64,000 nucleotides of DNA from the NCBI GenBank assembly GCA_951406725.2, contig OX597814.1, positions 82,832,001-82,896,000 of the forward strand, in the 5' to 3' direction. The notes under the pieces are model-generated. The model saw only the letters and a list, made by a program, of their open reading frames with translations. It was not told the origin of the DNA and did no database searches. Position 1 is the first letter of the stretch. Every line of letters starts with the position of its first letter. The stretch comes from Octopus vulgaris (lineage: Eukaryota). Both the position numbers and the translations under genes were made by a program. Below are positions 1 to 12,339 of the stretch, piece after piece.

Positions 1-89
1 TGACTGAGATGAAGCTATGGGAAAGTGAAACATGAAGGAAGAATATAAGGGAAAAGAAACAGTTCCAGCCTCACTTTACTCATTTGAAT

Positions 90-430
90 TCAGAAGTTGT
101 TGGGGAGTGTTGCATGATAATACAGATATTGAATTTGTGACAAGTTCATCAGCATGCAGTATTAAGTTTTCATCCTACATGAACTGTCAGCCTTATCTGT
201 TCCATCGTTTCTGGATTATAGAGCTACAGTAGATGGTATCTAACGACAACAGAAGCCATGTTGTTAGAGCTATCTTTGTTACAAATTATCTAGTTGATGT
301 TGTTCCAATACTCTCAAATGCTAAAATGAAATCCTGCTTTGACATTTATTTGATGGGTAAAAGGAGGTGTTACCAATGACAGCCCAAATAATCACAATAT
401 CAAGAGTCATGTTAACACCCAAATCATGTG
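90..430 (+). pseudogene. Possible highly decayed hAT-family (ZNF862-like) transposase fragment
   Basis: Frame-broken peptides WGVLHDNTDI, RFWIIELQ and LMGKRR occur in the order of the hAT motifs (..DE.TDI / FL..IEL.DG / VM.GK..GV). Similarity is weak and judged by eye. Confidence 0.3.
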
Positions 431-1715
431 CTTCTATTATTATATTATTTCTACTATTTCAAGCATTTCTCTTTAATTCAGCAAATGTTTCTTGCAAGAA
501 TTTTTCCCTCCAGTATCTCATTTAATTGGTTAAGAATTAACGGAAACATTGTAGAGGTGAAAAAATTGTAATTTATTTGAAACTTCTATCAATTGAATGC
601 AGTTATTTTTGTAAAGTTACTGCTGGGAAATAGATATTGTGAAGACATTCAAGTTTTAAGCAGAATGTATTTGCTAATTTTCAGATCAAAACACAACTTG
701 GACAATGTCAAATGAATAAATCTCTAAGTACAAAAAAATAAAAAACCCAACAATATTGTTAGAAATTATAATACATAATCAGAAAATTGAAAAAATGTAA
801 AATAGATATTTTTTTAAATATATAAATGATAAATATTTCTTTTTCAAAGACTAATCATGATTAGAAATGCCAATCTTTTAAGGCAAATCCTTACAAGAAA
901 AATACCATGTAAATGTATCTCAATTAAATTTAAACAATATATTTTTGGCAGCCATTGGTGTATAAACTGCAAGAGAAATTTCTCAAATGAAACATGGTGT
1001 ATCTAATGTAACATCAAGGAATGTGAATGGCTCCAAAAAATAAAATGTTTTTCAGGGAAATATAAAATATTTTCTTATTCATAATAATTAATTGCTAACA
1101 TAATTTATTTCTAAAAGTTTCATATTTGTTATAAAGGTATAAAATTTATTGGAAATGTTACTAAACAAATAATTACTGAAACAAGAAATGAAATAGTTCA
1201 ATAAGCTAGAGGCAGTGGATTTGATAAAAATCATTCACTGTATTGGTAGCTTTAAGTATTGATATCATCAAAATTTGTAAAAATAAATAAAACAAGATAA
1301 TGGAAAACTCATAGTTTCATCAAAGAGAAGTTCTGGAAAAACAAAATACTATATTTGATATAATAGAAAATACTGCTGGAAGCCTCACAGCAAGAGGTTA
1401 GATGTGAAGATATTGCTGTATGGATATATTCTATAATATATTGTAATAATCTCAGAGCAAAAGGAAAATTATGCAAAATCTGATAGCAGAAAATTGTCAT
1501 GCGCCATTGTGATAGTATCACTATGAACAAGAAAATATAGATATTCTAATATAATAATAATTTCTTGTACAAGAAGTTTTAATCTTTAGAAAATGAGAAC
1601 ATCAGAATTTATGATGTTCATGCTTTTCTCAATACACTTCTTCACGAAAAGTAAACTAATTCAATTTGAAATCAAAATTAAGTCATGAACTGGGCCATTC
1701 ATAGTGATTCATCTT

Positions 1716-1751
1716 TGTCTGTCTGTGTGTTTGTTTCTGTTTCTGTCTGTG

Positions 1752-1788
<37 letters not shown>

Positions 1789-1815
1789 GTCACACACACA
1801 CACACCACACACACA
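1716..1815. repeat. (CT)n/(CA)n compound microsatellite
   Basis: Directly visible dinucleotide runs. Confidence 0.95.
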
Positions 1816-3084
1816 TGTTATGTAATGTCATTTACAAACAAAGTAGAGAACAGAACTTGAATGAGAATAATAATACAAATCTACATGATATTAATGCAAC
1901 TTGATTGATTAATATGTATTAATTCTGTCTGTTAGCTTACAAATATATAAAAAAAATTAGCCACAGATGAAATTAATCTTCTCTCTTCATTCAGTTTAGA
2001 AACATATGCTTATCACACCCTCATCTTAAAACTAAACTGAAATTTATATTAGCGGGTGTTTTCTTAATAATATAATATACAGTAATACTTCGGTATACAA
2101 GTTATTTTACAGGTCACCTGTAAAGTGAAAACTCATAAATCAGAGCAATAATTTCCCATAATAGCAATCTTATAAATCATAAATCGTTCCCAGAAAAATA
2201 TTTTACCTGTAAAATTTATGATACTTGTAAATAAATGGCAATAAACCAACAGTAGAATGTAAAGAATATTTCATATAAAGTAAAAAGAATGTCAAGATCA
2301 TCTAATATACAAAATAGAGATGTGTATGTATTCACTTTTCATGCAAAAACGGCTTCACCAGTTGCTTCCATACTTCCGATGCATGAATAATTCCACCTTG
2401 AACAAGTTATTAGCTGTTCATTTGATTTTTTTATTTAAAATTATTAAAAATAAAAAAATATTGCTTTTTATATTACATTCACGTCTTTGAAAGTTTTTAA
2501 AATATTGACTTCCAGTTTTCTAGCGTCAGTGACATAAAATATCTCTTTATGTATGTCTCTCTATCCATCTCCTTTATCTAGCTCTATCTCTCTGTAACAA
2601 TCTCTCTATCTATATCCCTTGTTTTCACTTTCAGTTTTCAGACGCTATTCTTTTCCCTTTCAATTTTTCTTGCGCCATTGTTTAACTTCCATATTACTGT
2701 TTTCAATGTAAGTCTAAGCTTTCTATCGCTTATTTGCAAACAATGACAAATTACAGACAGAAAGAAGTTCACAATTACTGATGCAAGTAATTTTATGATT
2801 TACTGACAGAAGTATCTTCATAAATTTCATTTCAATCCGTACGGTTTTGTGTTTCTCTGTTGTTGACGGTTTCTTGATGGTTCCTTCGATACTGGCGCTT
2901 TGGTTCACTAAGTGACAAATTTCACTTCAACCTGTACGTTACTTGATTTTTTGTTAAAATTTCATATTTACTTTCTGCCTGTCGTATTAAGAAATATAAT
3001 AACCGTTACCAAGTTACTTTCATTGCACTCGTGTATTTCTGTAGACATATATAATGATGCCTAGGAGGAAAGTGTTAAACTTGT

Positions 3085-4178
3085 CAGCATAACTACAGAT
3101 TTCTGTCCCCCACCCATATACAAACTTTTGTGGGGTAATTTGTTTTGGAGTGGGTGGGGAATTTCAGAAAATTCACCGGAGTCCACTTCAATTCGTCTTC
3201 ACTTTCAAGAAAATGGATATTTTTTAATGAAATTCTCTACAAATATACCTCAGACTATGTAGACTCTAATGCCAGGAATTAGGTGGGGAGACAATTGGGG
3301 GTTACTTTTCAGACCTGTTCCCCACTCGGTGTGTGTTTCCGAACAAGTCGTCCATATTTCTTTCATTTTCTCCGTTTTGTTCGTTTGTGCATCCATAGAT
3401 TTCTACTGAAGCAACAAACAGGCAATGAAGGCAAACGAAGCCCTCACCAGAAAACTCGTTTTGCTAAAAATAACATCAAAAGGTCTTGTACACAGAAATA
3501 TGTTACTAAGGCGACCTATCTGGGATGTAATCTTTCTCACTGGAAAAAACTAGATCCCTTATCTGTTGCATATGATTTTTTTCTCCCAATTTCAGTAAAT
3601 TCCCGAGTAAACGTTTCTAATAGAAAGGCAGAAGACACCAGAAGCAAAAATAGTGAATATACACGCACAGTTAAATATAGAAGTGTAAAGTATAATAAAT
3701 AAAATATTGAATGGAATAAGTCCCCGTTCGAACATTTTTAATTACGTGTGTGTGTGTGTGTGTGTGTGTGTGGTGTGTTAGAAATGTACGGATGCACAAA
3801 CGCACAAAACGGAGAAAAGGAAACAAATCGAAACACCACCCCCCAGGTGGGGGAACAGTTCTCAAAAGTAACTCCCAATTATTTTCCTCCAAAATTCCTT
3901 TGTCCTCGGAATCTACATAGTCCAAGGTATATTTGTAGAGAATTTCATTAAAAAAAAAATAACCATTTTCTTGAAAGTTAAGACGAATTGAAGTGGACTC
4001 CGGTGAATTTTCAGAAATCCCCCCCTCCTAAAACATTTACCCCAGCAAAATTTTGTATTTGGGAATCTACATGATATAACACACGTTCATAGAAAATTTT
4101 ATTAAAAAATATCCATTTCTCTGAAAGTTATGATCATCCAAAGTCAGGGGTGGGGAGAGAAATCTGTACTTACGCAAA
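3085..4178. repeat. Long imperfect inverted repeat inside the Helitron (main arms about 3113-3405 and 3779-4063; outer arms about 3085-3114 and 4148-4178)
   Basis: Examples: AATTCACCGGAGTCCACTTCAATTCGTCTT versus AAGACGAATTGAAGTGGACTCCGGTGAATT, and TTTGTGCATCC versus GGATGCACAAA. Confidence 0.9.
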
Positions 4179-4371
4179 TTTGTCAACAATATCAAGGTCA
4201 GCCAAAAGCATGTCCAGGGAAAGAGAAATAGCTGCAGAAAGGGAAGCATACAGAACTACAAAAGTCAAAGCATCTCAAAGGGGTGAATAGAGGTATGCAT
4301 GACTGACAAGGAATAGGATCGCAACTGCTGAACAAAGATCTGTTGCAACAGCTCAGAGAAGCAACTTCTGT

Positions 4372-5766
4372 GAAGCAGCTTTCAATTGTAATCCAGCAGT
4401 TCATTATGCAGATGACACTAGACTTTCCATTGGTGCAATGACAACTGAGTGCATACATTGTAAAGCATGGAAGTGTCCTGGAGAGACACCTGCACTGTGC
4501 TGCAGTGGTGGAAAGGTTAAACTCCCTGCAATCCACCAACCTCCAGTGCCATTGAAGAAACTGTTTTCATCAATTGACCAAGATTCCAAGCACTTCCAAA
4601 ACAAAATTAGACATCATTTGGAGTCACAAGAGATATAACTGAACCAGGATTCATGCAAACTTTCAGGGTCAAAGGTCAGATTTATCAACAGATTGGCTCT
4701 CTACTACCTCTATCAAATGAATCACCAAAATTCCTTCAAGAAAGGCAAGAGAGGTGCAAGAATATTTCCGGCATCAGGGTGAACATTGTAGTATCTCTGC
4801 AAAAGATGCTGCATAACAACAACAACCTGATCAGAAGCTTCAAGACTGCACTTGAAAAAATTCCACCTGACTTTCTGGATTAAAAGATACTTATCAGATC
4901 AGACAAGAAACCATCTGGTCAACATGGAGGGAGGTTTAATGCACCAACAGCAAATATAAATAGCTGTACTTCTGGTTGGGCAAGAACATGACAAGTGTGG
5001 CATTGTCATCCATCTCAGAGGCAGCACACTGACAGACACAGTCCAACTACAAATGGAAGCTCCCAAAAATACCACACTCACAGCATTCTTCAAGCTCTGT
5101 TAAATTGATTGAATTTGCTACAAGACTGCTATACAATGAAGTTCCATAATTCTATACCTGGTACCAAAACAAATGGAAAAGACATGCAAATGGAACACCC
5201 ACACAGGAATCTAGAAATCAGACACACTTTGCAGAGTCTGTGTTATTCATCTCAACTACTAAGAGTGCTACTATCTAAGGCTTCTATTACACCATGTTAA
5301 GGGACACATCATTTACAGCTTTATGTATGGTTAATAACACAGTATGTCAAATATATTGCCAGGCTTGCTGTCTCAGAGGTCTTCTGGAAGATGATGCACA
5401 CTGGGATGTCACTTTGACTGAGGCACAAATGTACAAGTCTCCTATGCGGCTGAGAAACCTCGTCTCTATCATAGCAACATGATGGGTGACAATGTCTTCA
5501 TTCCAAGGATATCTCTCATCTCAAATGATCTCCCGTTTCAGTTCAAGAGACTGCAGTTTCATGTCAAACTTAGCTTTGCAATGTCTATCAACAAAGCACA
5601 AGGTCAATCTCTAAATGTGGTGGGACTTAACTTCCTTCAACCTTGCTTCTCACATGATCAGCTGTATGTTGGATGTTCCAAAGCTGGAGATGAAAAGAAC
5701 TTCTACATTCTCAGTGATAGATATGGCAAGAGAGAGAACACAGTATATGAAGAAGCACTTACATGA
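4372..5766 (+). pseudogene. Helitron RepHel pseudogene (N-terminal Cys cluster plus C-terminus of PIF1-like helicase; centre deleted)
   Basis: Peptides IGAMTTECIHCKAWKCPGETPALCCSGGKVKLP, TFRVKGQIYQQIGSLLP, GRFNAPT, CCLRGLLEDDAHWDVTLTEA and FKRLQFHVKLSFAMSINKAQGQSLNVVG...FSHDQLYVGCSK, with stops and frameshifts. Confidence 0.92.
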
Positions 5767-6311
5767 ATAGTAGGTCCATGTCATATACAAAAGTGGAAAA
5801 CCATTGAGTGTTAAAGTATTACTATTATACTTTCACTTTTTGACTGACATGTGTGAATGTATAGCTGTGTGTATAAAAGTGAAACAATAACGTGATATAT
5901 TTGCTGTGTGTGTATTCTATGCACGGCCTTTCATTGTTTATAATCTGTACATGTTTTTGGTTACGAAATAAATTACACAAACATGTATTTACTTTATATA
6001 CATATATGAGTTGAAAACTTTCTTTTCACATGTCACTTAACGTCTATGTTCCATGTTAGCATGGGTTACAGAGTCACGTAGAAAGTTGGTATCGCAGCTA
6101 CTAGCAGTTGAGACTTGTGTATTTTTGCTAGTTTACAATAAAGCATATTATTATAATCGTTTTTTGAATCACTTTCCCCATGCACTAGACTCACGCACAC
6201 CATCACTGGTAGATGTGATTGCTGATTCACATGCACTCATATAAGGACTTGAAAAACAAGTCTAGAGTTGTTTACTTTGAGAAGCTTTTTTTTTTCCCTC
6301 TATAAATTTCT

Positions 6312-6503
6312 TGGTAACGGCACGTAAAAAGCACCCACTACACTCACGGAGTGGTTGGTGTTAGGAAGGGCATCCAGCTGTAGAAACATTGCCAGATAAG
6401 ACTGGAGCCTGGTGCAGCCTTCTGGCTTCCCAGATCCCCGGTCGAACCGTCCAACCCATGCTAGCATGGAGAACGGACGTTAAACGATGATGATGATGAT
6501 GAT
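6312..6503 (+). mobile_element. Young 5'-truncated retroposon 3' end (family C, (GAT)n tail)
   Basis: GTTAGGAAGGGCATCCAGC...AACCCATGCTAGCATGGAGAACGGACGTTAAACGATGATGAT with CpGs retained. Related copies at 13700-13889, 17743-18330, 40965-41420 and 42958-43780. Confidence 0.8.
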
Positions 6504-6957
6504 GCAGAAGCATTTGTTATTGTAGTAGAAACTTTTGTACTTCATTGAAAATTTGGATCTTGTGCTTGAAAAATAAAACTCATAAAGCAGGTCCTTGTAA
6601 AGTGAGGTATTACTGTATTTAATAAATTTTGAGGTATGTGTTTATGGGCCACACAATTTTTTAAAGGAACATAAAACATATCCCTAAAAAAAAAGAAAAC
6701 AGTTAGAAGACTATTACCTATGTTTACAGGTAGTTGCTTAACTTTTAGTTACTGTAATGAAATCCTCTATAGATTGGCATATCCTCAGATTATGTGCAGC
6801 CAGTAATAAATGATTGTGATAAGCATCCCCAAAATTTATTGGAGATCATTAAACCAGTAATAAACTATGATTTAAGCTACATTAAACAGATGGGAGGAAA
6901 TTTCCATTGGATATCAATATATTGAAGCTAATATTTCTAATGAAATGTGTATGTATT

Positions 6958-7161
6958 TGTAATAAGCTCATAATGATAATGAAAACTTGGTGGCTGCTTT
7001 CCAAGCTTTAATCAACTCAGTTATTTAGTTACAGTTCAGAATATTATGTTATATCATGTTATATCGCTATGTCTCCGAAGCTACTTTCAATCATACTATT
7101 CAGTCCCAGTTGTAAGTATGGAAAGCCATTGGTATGCACATTAAATAGTAGTAACATTACA
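6958..7161 (-). repeat. 3' LTR of the Gypsy element
   Basis: Direct-repeat similarity to 10700-10930 (CTTGGTGGCTG, GTTACAGTTCAGAATATTATGTT, TTGTAAGTATGGAAA). Termini are TGT...ACA. Confidence 0.85.
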
Positions 7162-7559
7162 CCTTTCCCTTTTAGAAAAGAAAATCTTCAACAACAAACA
7201 ATTTTATGGGATTACTCCAAACCTTATCAATGGGAAAGTTTTGGTACATTCCTGGATCTCATCAGTTCCTGCAGAGCTATTGTTTCATCATTCTTCATAC
7301 TGTTGCATGCCATATCTTCTTTATCATTCGGTCCTAGAATTCAAGTTTCTTTTATTTTGTTCCACAACAGAAATTGTCTGGGCTTCAGGACAACATGCCA
7401 ATTCACAAACAGAAACTGTAGACTCCCATCCATCTGGGTATCTGATATTTGCTCAAGTTTGATTATTGTCAAGGAGCTCAACTTGATTTACTAATAATGG
7501 TTTGTTCTTGTTATTCCTCCTGAATTTCCTCTGGAGTACTGGTCCAAGAGTCATTGGCC

Positions 7560-9900
7560 AGGAGGGCAGCAAATTTAAATTGGAACAGCTACATTCATGG
7601 GGTGATCTTATGGAGTGTAGTACCTAAGGAAGCTGTGATTCTTAATGTTTCTCATAATGATTAAATAATGTAAGGGCCAAACTGACCACCTTCCATATGA
7701 TATCACTGAACCGCTCTGTCTATTCACAATAGGATGATATGGAGTAGCTTGATTTGTGGAACCTCCTTGTGGGAAAGATAATCCTTTAAATTCCTGGACA
7801 TGAATGATGTGCTTCAGCTGAAGTATATATAAAGCAGCATTTCATATAAGCTAAATAAGAGATCCAGATATCTAACCAGTGTTGTATGTGTATTCAGACA
7901 TGAAAAAACTTAGGAGAAATGTGAGTGTTCATCAATTATTGTAAATAAATATGAATTATATGAAACAGTAGGCAAAGATTCCTTGAACTCCGTACTAATC
8001 TGTTCCATAAGCTTTGTTTCTTTGATAACAGTTCCATCTACATGGTGATAAGAGTGAGGATTTTATTCACCACAGACCCTACAAAAAGCACAAGTCTTCC
8101 TCACATCTTCTGCAAAGAAGGGGAGATTCCTTGCTATAACAAAAAAATACAGTAGCTGAGTTATTCCTGGATGATATAGTCCATTGTGGAGACACTAAAT
8201 GTGGAGGTAGTAAAAACTGAATGAGTCTATATTTGAGTAAATGTGTTAAAGACTATATTCCCTTATCAGGATGATATTTCATTGCATAGCTAAATGCCGC
8301 AAGTTCCAACCGTCATTCATGGATTTTTGTATTCTTTATCTTTGCATGTTTTCTATTGTCAAGCATAAAGGCCACTGACATCTGACCAGTGACCAAGCTA
8401 AAATGGCATAATGCCAGATAATGGCTCCAGTTTTGCACTGCTTCAATAATAGCTGTTGCTTCTTTCTCTATAGTGTGATATTGTGTTATTTCCTTTCTTG
8501 TAGTGTCATTGATATGAACACTGCAGACAATCATCCTTGATTAAAGATGGCCAAAAATCTTCATATTTACTGAATCACACTCTACCTCAAAGGGTAAGTT
8601 TTCATCCATTGAGTGCAAGGTGGCTTCCCCGCATTCCTTCTTTAGCACGTTAAAGATGCTCAGAGTCTTCTTTTCCAATGGAAATTTAGTGTTTATTAAT
8701 GGTTGAAATTGATCAGAAAACCCACAGAACCATTTGGCATATTATGCAAGTATCCTGAGTGTCTTTAAGAATCATAGGTTTTTCTGAAGATAGATTTTCA
8801 TGGAGTGGGTGCTATCTCACAGAATTTGGCTTTATGATGCCATTCCCCTCAAAACATGCAAGAACATTAATTGAATCTTCAGTATTCACAATTATAGAGT
8901 TGTGAAGTTGTATATTTCTCCAATCGATGACCTTCAGAAATTCCTCTACATTTTGGTCATGCTCCTCCTGTGCATGCCCAATAATAATTATTTTGTCAAG
9001 ATAAGAGAAGGCACTGTGCAACTTTTCATCTTTCACTACCCCACCCATAGCTTGTTGGAAAGCAGCTATCCAATTTGTGATGACAATCAAAATACTAAAG
9101 TACTGAAACAGACATTCCTTGGCCTCAAAAGCCATGTTTTCTGTCAAACTCTTGAGATCTATTGAGAACATCAGATGGTACCATCACGTTTCCAACAAAG
9201 AATGCATCAGCTTACAGCTTCCCACCTCATAGCTATCTGTTGCATGCACTGGTATGGATGTGTCCTCTATCTCCTACTAGATAGTCCAATGAGAGCTTTA
9301 TTGTCATTTGGTGCAGCAGCTGTTGGCTGGAAGAAGCCTCATGACTGGTCCCACACCAGGTCGCTTAATGTGATTGGAGAAGATCTCCAGAGGCTCAAAA
9401 ACACTTTGGAAAATGCAAAGGGGCTGGCATGGGACTTCCAGCAATGGAGAGCACTGGTGGACCTGGTTGACTCTACGCATGCCAGTGTCTTTGGGACCAC
9501 TAACCTGGAATCACCTCAGCCCCATCAAGCAAGAGCATGAAGCAAGCAAACATACTCCTTCAGCAATACTTAATGGTAAGCACTTTTCAGGTCAAAGGTA
9601 GAGAACATTCTATATTTTCAAAGTTTGTTCACTATCTCATCTATCCTTGGTAAGGGATAATCATCAAATTCAGTACATTGGTTGTTTGTCTGTAAATAAT
9701 CTACACACATCTGCTTCTTGTGTCAGTGGGTAGGATCCTTCTCTGTTGCCATCTGGGCTCACCATATGAATATGCTCACTTCAATTATACTTTTTGAGAG
9801 TAAATGGTCAAATTCCCTGCAATGAAGTCTTGAACATCTTTGCTAAAATGCTTTGATTTAACAGTATTTGGCTTACAACTTGAAGACAAGTTTGGAAAAG
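7560..9900 (-). pseudogene. Gypsy pol pseudogene (RT, RNase H, integrase)
   Basis: RT: YPLPRIDE, FSTFDLKSAYH, AFEA, FSYLDKIII (YLDD box). RNase H: IEKEATAIIEAVQNWSHYL. Integrase: LHNGLYHPGIT...CAFCRVC and TPYHP. Many stops. Confidence 0.9.
9152..9550 (+). mobile_element. 5'-truncated RTE-clade LINE inserted in the Gypsy RT
   Basis: RTE C-terminus LRSIENIRWYHHVSNKE...HWYGCVL...GWKKPH...QQWRALVDLV, a (GCAA)n tail, and an imperfect 7-bp TSD CAAACTC (9145-9151) / CATACTC (9551-9557). Confidence 0.85.
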
Positions 9901-9909
9901 GGCTTGCTA

Positions 9910-10325
9910 TCTTTTTCTTTTACCTTTCACTTATTTCAGTCATTAAATTGTGGCTATGCTGGGGCATCACCCTGAAGAAATTTTAGTCAAATGAATTGAC
10001 CTCAGTACATTACTTTCTCCTTATTTCTCCTTAAGTACAGTACTTATTCTATCAGTTTCATTTAGTGAACTGCTAAATTATGGGGATGTAAACACACTAA
10101 CACCAGTTGTCAAGCAGTGGTGGTGGGGAGCAATCACACACATGCATGTACACACACACTCACACACACAGAGGCTTCTTTCAGTTTCAATCTGTCAAAT
10201 CTACTCACAAGGCTTTGATTGTCCCAAGGCTATAGTAGAAGACACTTGTCCAAGGTACCATACAGTGGGACTGAACCCAGAAGCATGTGGTTGTGAAGCA
10301 AGCTTCATACCAGACAGCCATGTGT
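9910..10325 (-). mobile_element. tRNA-derived SINE family A (CORE-like, octopus OR-type) inside the Gypsy element
   Basis: Head TGGCTGTCTGGT...GGGTTCAGTCCC, CCTTGGACAAGTGTCTTCT core, internal (TG)n and a tail ending TGACTGAAATAAG. Confidence 0.85.
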
Positions 10326-10699
10326 ATTTTACCATTTTTGCTGCAGAAGTTCTCCACATGATCTACAGTTAATTTGGACAGGGGCCCACCAGATATTGAC
10401 ACAAGAAATCTTGACCAATTACCACAAACTGCCAAGCTGTGTGGCCATGTAAAACTGGTTATTTATGCCAAGAGTTAGGACCACAACAACATTGCTCTTG
10501 GAACAGATATTTTAAGTTGGAATTTTCACATCCTTCTGTGTACTCAAAGATGCTGGAGCTCTTGCAAGCTAGTAGGGTTCTGTATTTTTTTGAATTCTCT
10601 CTAAGTAATATCTAATATAAAATATACTAATGATGTTTAGTAAGCTAGGGTCAATATCTAAGCATTTAGGTCTCCACACAATTTCCTTGCTTAAATTTG

Positions 10700-10930
10700 T
10701 GTTGAATAAACCATAATGATAACAAAATCTTGGTGGCTGTTTTCTAAGCTTTATTCAACACAATTGTTAGGTTACAGTTCAGAATATTATGTTGTATGTG
10801 TTATTACTATGGTCACCTAGACTATTTCCAGTTGTATTATTTCATTCTGATTGTAAGTATGGAAACACCACATCATCATCATCGTTTAGCGTCCGTTTAT
10901 GTATGCATATTAAATAATAGTTAAATTACA
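10700..10930 (-). repeat. 5' LTR of the Gypsy element
   Basis: Similar to 6958-7161. Followed on the minus strand by gag-like RPKCLDIDPS at about 10675-10645. Confidence 0.85.
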
Positions 10931-12339
10931 AGGCTATTTAGCTGATTGACATAAATTCTGTCACCAATATACTCTAATCAATAATTCACAGATGTTTTTT
11001 TTTTCCACTCTGACTTTTCTACCACCACTACAGCAATTGCTGCTCTGAAGCAACTACAGATAACAACCATTTATCCAACAGGTTGGGGATTAGAGGAGTC
11101 CAGATTGAATTTGCTAGATTTCTGAATATAGGTTAAATACATACTTAGATCATACAATAAACAATGGAAAACAAACAACAAATCTGTATGTAACAGATAC
11201 AAATTAATCTACTTCTAAAGTAGGGTCTGTTTAGTCTTTATTAATCCATTAAAAATTCTTAAAATATCTGTATAGAATACTTGTACCATGTATAACACAG
11301 CCAATAAACAATTAAACGAAGAAAAGTTAAGAGTGTAATTTTATTTAACAAATGCAAGTACAAATTAATACATGAATGTTTGTCATTCATTTTCCAAGCC
11401 CCAGAGTGCTTTATATCAATCTGTTTCATGGCTATGATCTCTTGTATGTTTCAGAGCAGTAGTTTCCAAACAAAACTACAATGAAAACTTCAGGTATGAC
11501 TAAAACAGCAAACTAAATAACAAAAAATTGTAAACATTTACTGGCAGGTAATATTCAAAGGCACATATGCCATGTAAAGCAAGACAAAGTAACTGTGTGG
11601 TAGACTATTATTGTACCTACCAAATACAAAATTAACCAGTTTCAAAACTAACTAGTTTTCTGGATTTTCCATATTTCTGGAAGAGTTTGGTTCTATAAAT
11701 ACATACCTTCAACCCTTCTGCATGCCTACCACAGCTATCTTTCCTCTTGTCACCAGCCCAACTGTGACTCAGTCTCCAGACCTCAGATTAAACTCGTACC
11801 TTATGTTATTCCTTCTCTGAAATTTCAAACTTCCCCGCTTACATGTTTTCTTTAAGCCTTCACTTACAGATGTCAAACTGAACATTAACCGCATCAACTT
11901 TACTATCTGGGTGACCCTGTGAAAATTATAGTCACTGTCTTTCTTCCTTGAAGCAACTAATAAAAAGAATTTTAGAAAATACTTTTATCATATGATGTCT
12001 CAAGCATGATACTAGATTTAATCCTTCATCAATTCTTAACTGGCTGAAAAGCTTAAATACTACACATGTTCTGAATCTTATCAACTCTAGTGTCTTGTAT
12101 TTCTCTACTGTGTACAGCTTTAAGATCCTATCACTGGAGTGTCATAGAATAGAACATAATAAAGAACATCCGAGATGATGCACATAAAGTCAAGTGATAT
12201 TTAAGGCAGATTGCCAGCAAATCAATACTTAGTATTCTACCAAGTTTGATAAAATGTACATGCTTCTTAACCCCAATATCATTGTATTGTGTCAAAAGTT
12301 TATTCAAAGTTTTAGGTAAGTTTTTGTTGCAAATAATTG

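Larger units (their letters stand above)
2301..6131 (+). mobile_element. Internally deleted Helitron
   Basis: 5' end A|TCTAATATACAAAA...CACTTTTCATGCAAAAACGGCT is a typical Helitron start. 3' end is GTATTTTTGCTAG|T. The element sits between A and T with no TSD and contains RepHel remnants. The 3' hairpin is decayed. Confidence 0.8.
2080..6615. mobile_element. Tigger/pogo-like (Tc1/mariner superfamily) non-autonomous element, interrupted by a Helitron and a retroposon tail
   Basis: Left end TA|CAGTAATACTTCGGTATACAAG matches the reverse complement of the right end (CAGTAATACCTCACTTTACAAG). TA dinucleotides flank both ends (2078-2079, 6616-6617). Confidence 0.75.
6958..10930 (-). mobile_element. 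Decayed Ty3/Gypsy LTR retrotransposon
   Basis: Two diverged TG...CA LTRs, a polypurine tract (plus-strand CCTTTCCCTTTT at 7162-7173) abutting the 3' LTR, and gag-RT-RNaseH-integrase order on the minus strand. Confidence 0.9.

Noticed and set aside
3283-3702. 139-aa ORF inside the Helitron
   Set aside because: It overlaps an inverted-repeat arm (mirrored by ORF 3671-3925), has a non-ATG start and shows no recognisable domain.
9140-9171. FSIDLKSL at the start of ORF 8812-9171, looking like the Gypsy RT DLKSAY motif
   Set aside because: Coincidence: these bases are mostly the antisense of the inserted RTE LINE. The true motif FSTFDLKSAYH is at about 9575-9607.
6953-10935. Target-site duplication for the Gypsy element
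   Set aside because: The flanks GTATT and AGGCT do not match, so no TSD is claimed. The LTR ends may be off by a few bases or decayed.
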